A program made the translations under genes and the position numbers. DNA of 64,000 nucleotides from a bacterium (GTDB lineage Bacteria; Bacillota; Clostridia; Oscillospirales; Acutalibacteraceae): NCBI GenBank assembly GCA_963657065.1, contig CAVKLD010000003.1, positions 1,811-65,810 of the forward strand, read 5' to 3'. Position 1 is the first letter of the stretch; each line of letters starts with the position of its first letter. The notes beneath the pieces were generated by a model that was given only the letters and a program-made list of their open reading frames with translations, did no database searches and was not told where the DNA came from. Below, one piece after another: positions 40,601 to 52,600 of this stretch.

Positions 40601-43600
40601 CGTCGCGGGTCTTCTTAAAAAGTCCAACGGTCAAAACGCGTTCAGCTTCAAGGATTACATCGACGATCTCCTCGAAAGCAAGGTGTTCAACGGCAAGACG
40701 CTCAAGAGCCTTGCGGATCTCATGTGCAAGATATACAACGCTCTTCCCGAGTCGGCTGTCGCGCTTATCGACAAACTGCTTGACACAAGCGTTACCGAGT
40801 GGAGAGATGCGTATCTTGAAATCGACGAAAACAATACTTACGTTCCCAAAACCGACCATGTTTGGTGGGCGGATGAAACGCTTGCCGGTTACGTAGACAC
40901 TACCGATGAGTTTATCAAAGCTCTGCATGAGCTTCTTGATCCCGCATCCAAGGTCTTTGCGTGGGTGCTGCTCGATCAGGATATTAAGCTGTTCTACACC
41001 TACGGCAAGGGCGTCAATCAGGAAGGCTACGGCGACGACGCTGTAATTCTCGACGGTATCGGCCTTTACACCAAGGCGTTTATCCCGGTACTTGAGGCTC
41101 TCGGCTACACCGACCTTGAACACTTCGAATTCAAGGACGGCTCAAAGCACAATGTCACCACGGCTCACTATGAAGAAGCCGTTACGGATGAATCCGGCGA
41201 TATCATAATGGGATTCAAGCTCAAAGAAGACGCCGACTTCACATATGATTTCGTCGAGATGCTCGCGAAAATCATTGAAGACATTACCCGCGATCCCATA
41301 AACTGGATTCTCGACAGACTTCCCGGTTTTATCTACTTCATCAACGCAAACGGCTTTACCACAATCGTTGAGAACGTATTCGATTCCGTCGGCGACGTTA
41401 TCGACATCATCAATACGCAGCTCAGCGCAGACAGTCAGATAAGCCTTGCATCCATCGCGAAGATAATCAACGAAAAAGTCGGTTCGGAAGTAACCGACAT
41501 CACCGGCACACTGGACGACGAGCTTAACGGCAAACTTGTGATTGACTTTGATACGATTATTTCTCTTATCGAAAAATTCACAGGCATTCACTTCGACTCC
41601 GTGCTTGTTAAATTCATGAAGAGCCTCAACGTCGGCAAACTCGTAGCGTTTACTTCGGGCAACGGCAGACAGTCCTTCACGATGCAGTATTCCGATACGG
41701 AAGAAAAGCACGACATGGTGACAATCATCCTTGCGCTTCTCCTCGAAATCCTTGAGGGTAAGGGTACCGATGCGGAAACGGGCGTTGAATACGACAACCC
41801 CGCAGCTATCGATAAGCTCATTACCAAAGAAGACGAAGAGAATAAGGGCACGGTAAGCTCCATTATCAATGCCATAAAGAATCCTTCCGATGTTATCGAG
41901 AAGGAAATGAACTGGAACTATTTCGATGAAGAGATGGTTATCGCGGAGAAAGAGGGCGGCGATACTGCCGGTCAGACCGTTACCATCCCCGCTTACAAGT
42001 TCCTCTACCTCAACTACACCACCGACTGGACGAGAGATAAAGCAAAGTCAGTCAAGGAAAGCCTGAACGACCTCGTTCTTGCGGTCCTCAAGATGACGGG
42101 CAGCAAGTATGCCGACGCGACGGACGTTTCCGCAGTCGTAAACGACCTGCTCAAACTCGACAAATTCTACACCGCCGAGAACCTCAATACGGTGCTCAGA
42201 CTGCTTGCGGATAACCTCTACGGTGTAAATGCCATTATTCCCAACGCGCTCTCCGAATTTGCGGGCGCACTCCTCGGTGCGGACATCACCTCGTGGAATT
42301 ACAAGTATTCGTTCGAAACGGTAGACTCCGTCGATGGTTTCAATGAACCCGACGACACCGGTCTTTACTGGAAAGAGGGCGAAATCAGCACAAACGAGCG
42401 CGTGACCGACGAGAACGGCGACCCCGTTGTCGACGAAGACGGCAACACCGTATATAAGACGAGGACGGGTATCGTTTACGCTGTCAGAACGGATGAAAAC
42501 GCGAGAGCGGACTTCATCAATGGCGTAAATCTCATCGTTGAGCCTGCATACAGACTCATTGAATGGCTTCTTCTCGGTTCGGATTATACTTTCTTCAACG
42601 CTCAGAAGAGCGAAGGTCTTGACGAACTCGAAAACGAGATTCACCCCGCACTCATCACCCTTAAGGGCGCGAACGGCTACGGCGAGGCGTTGGGTTATTT
42701 CCTCGAAGCTCTCGGCTGCGTAGGCGGCAACTGCCAGCTTAAAGCTGCAAGTTACTACAGCTACACCGAAGTACAAAACGGTCAGAACGTTACGCTTTAC
42801 AAGACGAAAGAGCTTGTCAACGACATCCTTACGGTTCTTTGCAACAGAGTAGACAAGATAGTCGCCGACCCCGTTTATGAAATAGCCGGAATGATTCCCG
42901 AGCTCCTCTATTTCATCAACGCAAACGGTTTGAGCGTCGTTGTAAACAATCTCCTCGGCGGAGTGCTCGACCTCATCGGTTCGGATGCTGTCAAGAACCT
43001 CACCGGCAAGAACCTCAACATCAACGACCTTGTCACCGATATTCTCCGTAAATCTCTCAACAACAGCGATATTACATTTGATATCGACGGCATCAACATT
43101 CAATACATCTTTGAGATCGCCGAAAAGCTCACCGGCCTTTCGATTAACGATGCAATAGGTTCAAACCTTAAGTACTTCTACATGGGCGACCTCCAGAGTT
43201 ACTCCTCCGCAAGCGGCAAAATAGCTTACAGACTCGTGTTCAGCGAGAATGATTTGACGAGCGGCGGCAACGGTCAGCTTCAGGACTTCATCACGATTCT
43301 TCTTTCGATGGTCGTGGATGTGCTCATGTACAAGCAGAACGCTGCGACTATAGTCAGCCTTGCGAATATTGACATCAGCGTTGAAGTTATCGAAGGCATA
43401 GTTGAGTTCCTCAAGGAAGGCTTCGAAGTTAACACTCTTCCTTACGACTGGTTCTATTTCGATGACAGCCTGACAAAATATGAAATCGATTCCGAAACAG
43501 GCAAGCTCGTCGTGAAGAAAGATGAACCTCATATAGATGAAACTACCGTCGCTGTTATTCCCGCAAAGACGACAATGAGCTACCTTAAGTACGCTTCGGA

Positions 43601-46600
43601 CTGGACGGAAGAAACAGCAGAGTACATCTATCAGAACCGCAATGAAATCATTAAGTCCGTGCTTCGCATTATGAAAGCGGATTCCACGGATCTCGGCGCA
43701 ATCATCAGCGATAAAGTAAACCTCGAAAAGACTCTCTACACTGCCGAAAACCTCAACAAGATACTCAATCTTGTTAAGCCCACGCTCGGCAAGATAGACG
43801 ACACTCTTCTTAGCTTGCTTAACATCGCGATTGATATTGACCTTTCCTCTCTCAAGAATATGGAGGAATTCACGGATGAACAGATTACCGGCAGAACGTC
43901 GTTCGTCAACGGCCTTTGCTCGATAATTCAGCCGCTGTCCCCCATCCTCGATTGGCTGCTGTTCGGCAACGCCATCGAATACTTCGACAAGAAGGATTAC
44001 GATACGGGTAAGGTTGAAACTCTCATCTCGCTGCCCGGCTCGAACGGCTACCTCAACGGACTTGTTCCGCTGCTTGAGGCTCTCGGCGTAATTCTTCCCA
44101 AGTACGAGGAAGGTCAGACAACAAAAGACGTGTTGTATGTTCTTATAAACAACACGCTTGCAAGAATCGAAGGCATTCTCGCTAACCCCGTGGACGAAGC
44201 TCTCGCACTTATCCCCGAACTTCTCTACTTCATCAATGCAAACGGTCTTGCAACCTGCATCAACAATATGCTCGCAGGCGTGGTTGCTCTCCTCGAAAAG
44301 ATCAATCCCGCTCTCGGCGACAATGCGATTGAGCTTCAGACGCTCCTCAACAAGGTTCTCGAAGGCGCAAACGTCAATCTTGATCTCTCCAAACTCGACC
44401 TCCTTGCAATCGCGGGCGTTATCGAAGAAGCTACCGGCATTGAAATTACCGACATCTTCACCGAAACGAAGATCGATAAATTCTACTTCGGCACGATAGT
44501 TCACAATAAGGATTCCGCAGATCCGACGAACGTAAGCTTCAAGATGGTTTACTCCGAGGACGAAGGTCCCGAAGATATGCTTACTTTCATAGTGAACCTT
44601 GTAATAGAGATACTTCTCTATAAGGACGAAGAAAAAGGTTACGACAATGCGAAGGCTATCGACATTATTATCAACGGCAAAGACCCGATAACCGGCGAAC
44701 CTATGAAGAGCACCGTTCAGGCGGTAGTCAACATTCTCCTCGGCATAAAGAACGTTGAGAAGATTGACCTTAACTGGAATTACTTTGATGAGTCGGCGAC
44801 GCTTTCGGACGAAATTACCGTTCCCGCAAATGCATTCGTTTACCTCAACTATTCCAACGACTGGACCTATTCCAAGGCGGCGTACCTTGACGAGAATCTC
44901 GACAATATCATTGTTGAAGCTCTCAAGCTCCTTGGCAAGGACGTTGACAATGTCGGCGATCTTATCAACATCGACCTTAACGGTTTCATGAACGCCGATA
45001 CGCTTAATAAGCTCCTCGACACACTCAAAAACTTCCTCTACGGCGAAAACTCCGTGCTCGACGATACACTCTTTGAGCTTGTGGGACTTGTGCTCGGCGC
45101 AGATCTCACGCAGTGGAGAGATAGTTACAGATTTGAGGTTTACGATGAAGCGAATACCTATGAAGGCACCGAATACGGTCTTTCCTACAGAACGGTTGAC
45201 GGTGTTAAGACTTATGCCATTGGTTCTCCCGACAACTTCGCGGACGGTCTTGCGGTTGTTCTTCAGCCTGCGGAAAGACTTCTCGGCTGGCTCCTTATGG
45301 GCGAAAGCTACGGATTCTTCGTTGACAACAAGACCGGCAACGTCGATGCAAACGGCGTCCGTCAGAACGGTGAACTCATCAAGATAACCGGCGCGGACGG
45401 ATACGATGCGGCTCTTACCGTTCTCCTTGAAGCTCTCGGCTGCACAGGACTTAAGAAAGCGGATGAATACGCTAACTGCGGCGAAATGCTCTCTGCGGTC
45501 ATTAAGTCGGTCGTTGCCAGAATCGGCGAAATTCTCAAAGATCCCGTAAACGAAGTATTCGCTCTTATCCCCGAGCTTATCTACTTCATAAACGCCGGCG
45601 GACTCAATTCTGTCGTGAATAACCTTGCGGGTGCGGTCGTTGCGCTGCTCAAGGAAGCCGAACCTCTTACAGGCAAGGCGGTCGACATTGATACGCTTAT
45701 TACCGGCGTTATCAAGAATGCTCTCGGCAGCAAAGCTCCCGATGACTTCAAGTTCACTCTCGAAGGCGTTAACCTTCAGTGGGTTATCGAATTTGCGGAA
45801 ATGTTTACCGGTATCGAAATAAGCGAAGCAATCGGCTACGGCCTTGAAAAGTTCGCTCTCGGTGTCGTTGAAAAATACGAATCCGCTTCGAGCTACTACA
45901 ACGAAACGTACAAGATGCACTTCGCAGCCGATCACGACGGCGATGATTACGCTCGCGACAGAGCCGACCTTATAACGATTCTGTTCAGCGTTGTGCTCGA
46001 CGTTCTCGAATATGACCCCGAAGGCAATGAGGCATATCCGAATGCCGACGCTCTCGCAAAACTTATCAACAACGATAAGGTTTCCGCGGATACGGTGAAG
46101 AGCATAATCAAGATTCTCAAGGGGTATGTCATCGACGGCGTTAAACCTATCGACTGGTTCTACTTCGATGAGGATAAGACGGTTTACACAACGGATGCGG
46201 AAGGCAACCGCGTTGTTAAGAATCCGCTTCCCGAATTTGACGAGAACTCCGTAAAGAACGTTCCCGAAAACACTATCAATTATCTCACCTATGCTTCCGA
46301 TTGGAATAAGGATACCGCACAGTATCTCGATAACAATCTTGACGCGATCGTTGCGGAGGTTCTTACCCTCATGGGCAAGGGCAACACAACCGTTGCCGAG
46401 ATAATCGCAGACAAGTTTGACTTTACCGATCTTTACAGTGCGAACAACCTTAACAAGATGGTCAAGGCTGTCAAGGGTCTTACCGATCAAATAGGCGAAA
46501 CATTCACCAACATGGTCGGCATGATTCTCGGCGCGGATCTCACCGCTTACTCTACGATGAAGTTTGCCGATGACGAGATAACCGACAGAGAGTCATTCGT

Positions 46601-49600
46601 AAACGGTCTTGTTACGGTTCTCACTCCTGTTACTCCTCTCCTTGACTGGCTGCTCTTCGGCAATTCGCTTCAGTTCTTCTCCGCCAAAGACACGCCTGTT
46701 TCCACGGACGTTAAGGATCTTATCAACATCACCGGATATGAAGGATATGCAACGGGTCTTGTACCGATTCTCGAAGCTCTCGGTGTGGAAAATCTTCCCG
46801 AGTGCAGCGGCGTCGACACAGTAACCGAAATTCTCAAGGATGTTGTTGATTCCATTCTCGCAAGAATCGAAGGCGTTCTTGCCGACCCCGTAGACGAAGT
46901 TCTCGGACTTATCCCGAATCTCCTCTACTTCATCAATGCCAACGGTTTGTCAGCATCCGTTCAGAACCTCCTCGGTGCTGCTTTCGGACTTCTCGACACC
47001 GTTAACCCGATACTCGGCGACAAGAAGATAGATGTTAACGCAATCATTAACGATCTCCTGTCGAAAAACAATATCGAAGCCGCCGTTGATATCGACAATC
47101 TCGACCTCCTTGCCATAGTCAAGGTTGTTGAAGGCGCAACCGGTCTTACCATAGCCGACGTCGTTACGGAAAACAAGATTGACAACTTCCGTCTTGGCAA
47201 CATCGAGTACTTCCGTTCCTCCAACGGCAAAGCGGCGTTCAGAATGAGATATTCCGACACGCAGGGCAGAATCGATATGATAACCGTACTCGTCAACTTC
47301 CTCATCGAGGTTGTAACAACAGGCGAAAATGCTGCGGCTCTCGAGAATCTGCTTAAACTCGACGCGGGAACGATTACCAAGGTAGTCGGTGTCCTCACAG
47401 GCAGTGATACGGACTTTGCTTACAAGGCATTCAATTGGAACTACTTCGATAAAACCGTCGATCTCAACAATGCGGTTACCGCAGTTCCCGAATATTCGTT
47501 TGTATACCTCAACTATGCAAACGACTGGACTTACGACAAGGCGGTATATCTCGACAGCGGTCTTAACGCTCTCGTTAACAGCGTTCTCAAGCTGCTTGGC
47601 AAGGATGTAACCGTTGAAGAGCTTATCGCTCAGACGGTCGACCTCAACACGCTGGTATTCAACGCCGACACGCTTAACAAGCTGCTCAATACCGTTTCCG
47701 GATTGTTCTACGGCGAGAACGCGGTTATAGGTCAGCACCTCGGCGAGGTTGCGGGTCTTATACTCGGCGGTGAGCTTGCACAGTGGAATGACAACTATTC
47801 CTTCGCGGCTTACGACGCATCGACTGAATACCTTACCGATGGCATTACGGGACTCAAGTACGTCGTTGACAACGGAAAGGCTATCTTCGCGATAGAAAAC
47901 TCCGATGACTTCATCGCAGGTCTTTGCAAGATACTTAATCCTCTCCACAAGATTCTCGGTTGGCTTCTTCTCGGTGACAGCTATGAGTTCTTCGTGAAGA
48001 ATACAATCAACGAAGACGGTACTCAGGATACAATCCTCAAGATACCCGGCAAGAAGGGTTATGCAAACGGACTTTCCTACCTCCTTGAAGCTCTCGGCGT
48101 CAAGAATCTCAAGTCCGAATACGCGGATGCCGACGCACTTCTCAAAGACGTTCTTACGCAGATCGTTGCAAGAGTTACCGAAATTCTTGCGAACCCGATT
48201 GACGAAGTCCTTGCGCTTATCCCCGAAATCATCTACTTCATAAATGCAAACGGCCTCGGCGTGACGGTTTACAACCTTACTTCCTCCGTGATGAACATTT
48301 ATGATACCGTTAAGAAGACGGGTCTTCTCGACAGCATCGAGCAGATAAAGAACTACAGCACGGGTGAAGAGCTTGTCAACGGTCTTGTTGACAGCATCAT
48401 CAAGGATAAGGTCAGCGCGGATCTCACATTCACGCTCGACGGCATTAACCTCGAATGGATTCTCAAGGTTGTTGAAACCGTAACCGGACTTGATCTCCGC
48501 AGCCACATCAACTCCCTTGAAAAGTTCGCTATCGGCGAAGTTTATAAGTATGAATCCGTATCCGGCATCAATGCTTATAAGATGCGCTTCGGCAAGTCGG
48601 GCGACGGCAGCGACAATCTCCGCGACAGAGCGGACATGATAACCATTGTTTTGAGTTATGTCATTGACCTTCTCACGATTGAACAGAATCAGACGAAGAT
48701 CGAAGAAATGGCAAACCTCAACGCAGGCACTGTTGCCTCCATACTTGCACTCCTCTCCGAGAAGAAGTACGAAATCGGTGTTGACGTTAAATGGTTCTAC
48801 TTCGATCCGGATGTAGACGTTAAAACGATTGATTCCGAAACCGATCTTAAGGAATTTACTCCCACTATAAACTACCTTACTTATCAGTCCGCCTGGACGG
48901 AGCAGCTTGCTGATTATCTCAGCACAAACCTTGATGATGTCATTGCAAATATTCTCGACATCGCTGGTAAGGGCGATACCACGGTTGCTCAGATAGTAAA
49001 GGATATGTTTGATCCCGAAACGGATCTCTATACCGCAGAGGTTCTCAATAAGCTTGCAAACGGCATTTCGAGCCTTGTTTCCAAGGTTGACGAAACGCTT
49101 ACCGGCACGCTTGGCATCCTTCTCGATGTTGACCTCGGCGCGTATGCGAAGATGGACTTCGGCACGGGCAGAGTAGGTAAGGATGGCTTCATCGAAGGCA
49201 TCTGCGAAATCGTCAAGCCCCTCTCTGGCGTTCTCGATTGGCTTCTGTTCGGCGACGCGTACGACTTCTTCAGCAACGAAAAGACGGGCGTTCAGAATCT
49301 TCTGACAATCAACGGCTACAGCGGTTATGCTTACGGTCTTGTACCTCTCCTTGAGGCTCTCGGCGTTGCACTTCCCGACGTTTCGGCGGAGGCAAATACC
49401 GAAAACACCGTAAACGGTCTTGTTACCGCTCTTGTCGACAGAATCGAAGAAATTCTCGTTGACCCCGTAAACGAAGCTCTCGCACTTATCCCCAACATTC
49501 TCTACTTCATCAACGCCAACGGTCTTGCAAGCGCAGTCAATAACCTTCTCGGCGCGGCTGTCGGACTTGTCGACAGATTCAACGAGGAAAATCTTGTTGA

Positions 49601-52600
49601 AAAGCTCGGTCTTAACCTTGACCTTGACGGCGACGGCGTAAACGATACGAAGATAGATCTCAACGGTCTTATCAACAAACTTCTCAAGGACAACGGAATT
49701 GGCGCAACGGTTGATATCAAGAATATAAACCTCTTGTCCATAATCAGCGTTGTCGAAGCTGTTACCGGACTGGATCTTACGACGTTTGTAAGAGAGAACG
49801 GCATTGAAAACTTCTACCTCGGTCAGATAACCTACTTCAAGTCGGCAAACGGCTCCGCAGCATTCAAGATGGAGTACTCGTCCGATAAGAACAAAGACAG
49901 ATCCGACCTTATCACCGTTGTTGTTAACTACCTCCTTGAGGCAGTCCTCTACAAGAATGAAGAAACCGGTGCGGACAACGCAAAGGCAATCGACATTCTC
50001 ATAAACGGCAAGAACGATGACGGAACACCCAAGAAGAACACCGTCGGAGCTATCGTCGAAATGCTCGGCAAGCTCGGTACAAAGGCTCTTCCCGGCGATT
50101 ACCACTGGAACTACATGAACGAAGACAGTGACGACGTAACGCCCGAATCCGAGTACAGCGAAATTGTTCTTCCCGCAACTCCGTTCAACAATTACCTCAC
50201 CTACTGCACGGATTGGACGCAGAACACGGCGGATTACCTTTACGATAATCTCGGCACAGTCGTAGATGCCATCATTAAGATGACCGGCAACGGCGATACG
50301 CTTGCAGACTTCGTAAACGGCAAATTCACACTCTACAAGGCTGAGTATCTCAACAAGATTCTCGACGCTGTCAAGAAGCTCTACAACCTTGCAGATACAA
50401 AGGTTCTTAAGCTCCTCGGTCTTGTTGTTGACTGCGACCTCACCAAGTGGGACGGCATGAAGTTCGAAGATGCAGACATCACGGATGCGGCTACATTTGC
50501 AGCCGGCATTACGGAAATAGTCGAACCCGTATACACGCTTCTCGACTGGCTCCTGTTTGGCAAGGACTACGGCTTCTTCGTAGACGATAAGACCGGCAAC
50601 ACGGGCGCAGACGGCAAGACGCTCCTTAACATCGCGGGCGCGGACGGCTACATCAACGGCCTTGCTCCCCTCTTCATCGCTCTCGGCGTTGACCTTCCCG
50701 AATACGCGGCCGGTTACACCTGCAAGACGATGGTCGATGTCGACGGTGTTCAGATGACATTCTTCAGCGCGGTTATCAAGTCCGTACTCGCAAGAGTCGA
50801 CGAGATACTCGCAAGTCCCGTAAACGAAGCGCTTGATCTTCTTCCCGGACTTCTCTACTTCATCAATGCAAACGGTGTTTCCACCGCAGCATACAATCTC
50901 CTCGGCGGCGTTCTCAACGCGGTTAACGTGCTTGTCGAAAACAACATTATCAGCCTTGGCGGAACATCTGTCGAAGAATATGTTGAAACAAAGCTCGGTC
51001 TTAACGTTAAGGACCTCGACCTTGAAGGCATAGTTAAGTTCCTCGAGAACAAGAACATCACCAAGGGCATCAAGATTTATGATGTATTCAATGGTATTTA
51101 CAATGTCGATGAAAACGGCAGCGTAACGTTTACTCCCGATGCATCCGCAGACGGCAACATTCTTGAAAAGTTCTACTGCGGCGAGGTCACGTCCTACACC
51201 TACTCCGGCGTCAACGGCTGGCAGATGGTTACAAAGACGGGCGAAGGACGCGGCGACATGATTACAACGCTCCTGAGCATTGTCCTCGAAGTTCTGTTCT
51301 ACGAAAGCAACGAACAGCCGATAACCGATATCGTTGCAGGCATGATCGACGGCTTCACGGTTGAAAACTTCAGAAATCTTAAGGCACTCCTTGCAACGGG
51401 TGTTAACCTTGAAGACGCTATGAAGGATATCGACTGGGTATATTTCAACAAATACGCAACCGACGCAGAGCGCGAAGAAGCACTGAAGAAAGTTCTCCTC
51501 GATCCATCTTCAAACGTTCTTCCCGCAACGCAGCCCGAACGTACTACACATTATCTTGAGTACGACAATAACTGGAACAAGAAGACCGCGGAGTACATTG
51601 ATGATAACATCGTTTCAATAGTCGACCTCGTTATAGCCAAGTTCGTTGACGGTTCCGACAGTCTTACAGACTTAATCAACAACAACCTCAACATCTATTC
51701 CGACGATGTTGCGAACAAGATACTTGCAAAGATCGGCAGCCTGCTTCAGAAGCTCGACGACAGCCTTGTTGATACGATAGGCGTTGTTCTCGACGCGGAT
51801 CTCAACGCTCTCACCGCTCCCGTAAGCGGCGTGACCGACAAGACAACATTCGTTGCGGCTCTTGCAAACAGACTTTCCAACATTGGCAATGTTCTCGATT
51901 GGCTCCTGTTCAATCAGCAGATGACATTCTTCACCGACCTTGAAACAGGCGCTCAGGCGAAGATAGTTCTCAACGGCGGCGAAGGCTACAAGTACGGTCT
52001 TGCACCTATCCTTGAAGCAATCGGTGTTAATACTCACATTACTGTTCCCGCTCCGGCGGCAGGTACGACGATTACCGCTCGTGTTCTTGTTGAACTTCTC
52101 ACGAACGTTTGCGACAGAATCGACGAAGTTCTCGCAAATCCGATAGACGAAGTTCTCGCACTTCTTCCCGAGCTTATCTACTTCATCAATGCAAACGGCG
52201 TAAGCGTGTCTGCAATGAACCTTGTAGCTCCCATCGACGTACTGCTCAAGGAAGTTGGCTCGAATATCGGCAAGAATGACCTTGACTTCTCAAGCCTCGT
52301 CAAGTTCGATATCTCCAACCTCGACTTCGAAGGCATATTCGCTATCGTTCTTGACAAGACCGGCATCGACGCCCAGTCCCCGATAGGCGAATATCTCGCG
52401 AAGTTCTACTTTGGACAGCTTGAATCCTATCAGTCTTACGACGGCATTCAGGGCTTCAGAATGGTTTACTCCGAGACGGAAAAACGCTACGAGTTCGTAA
52501 CCGTTCTTGTGACACTCCTTCTCGACGTTGCTTCTTACGAAGGCAACAAGGACGCCATCATCAAGCTCCTCGGCAACAACGAAAAAGCTGAATCCATCTA

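Noticed and set aside
35265-43103. Series of 180-580-aa minus-strand ORFs (35265-35981, 38763-40514, 40584-41123, 41142-41711, 42048-43103)
   Set aside because: All are in register with the sense codons of the giant gene. They are antisense shadows, not genes.
43161-46490. 1,109-aa ORF on the minus strand inside the giant gene
   Set aside because: It is exactly codon-aligned antisense to the sense frame, so it stays open only because the sense gene lacks TTA/CTA/TCA codons. It has no RBS or promoter and an odd composition (Val/Phe/Asn/Glu/Ile-rich mirror of the sense codons). The sense frame carries the conserved repeat motifs.
46950-50105. 1,051-aa minus-strand ORF inside the giant gene
   Set aside because: Same codon-aligned antisense artefact as 43161-46490.
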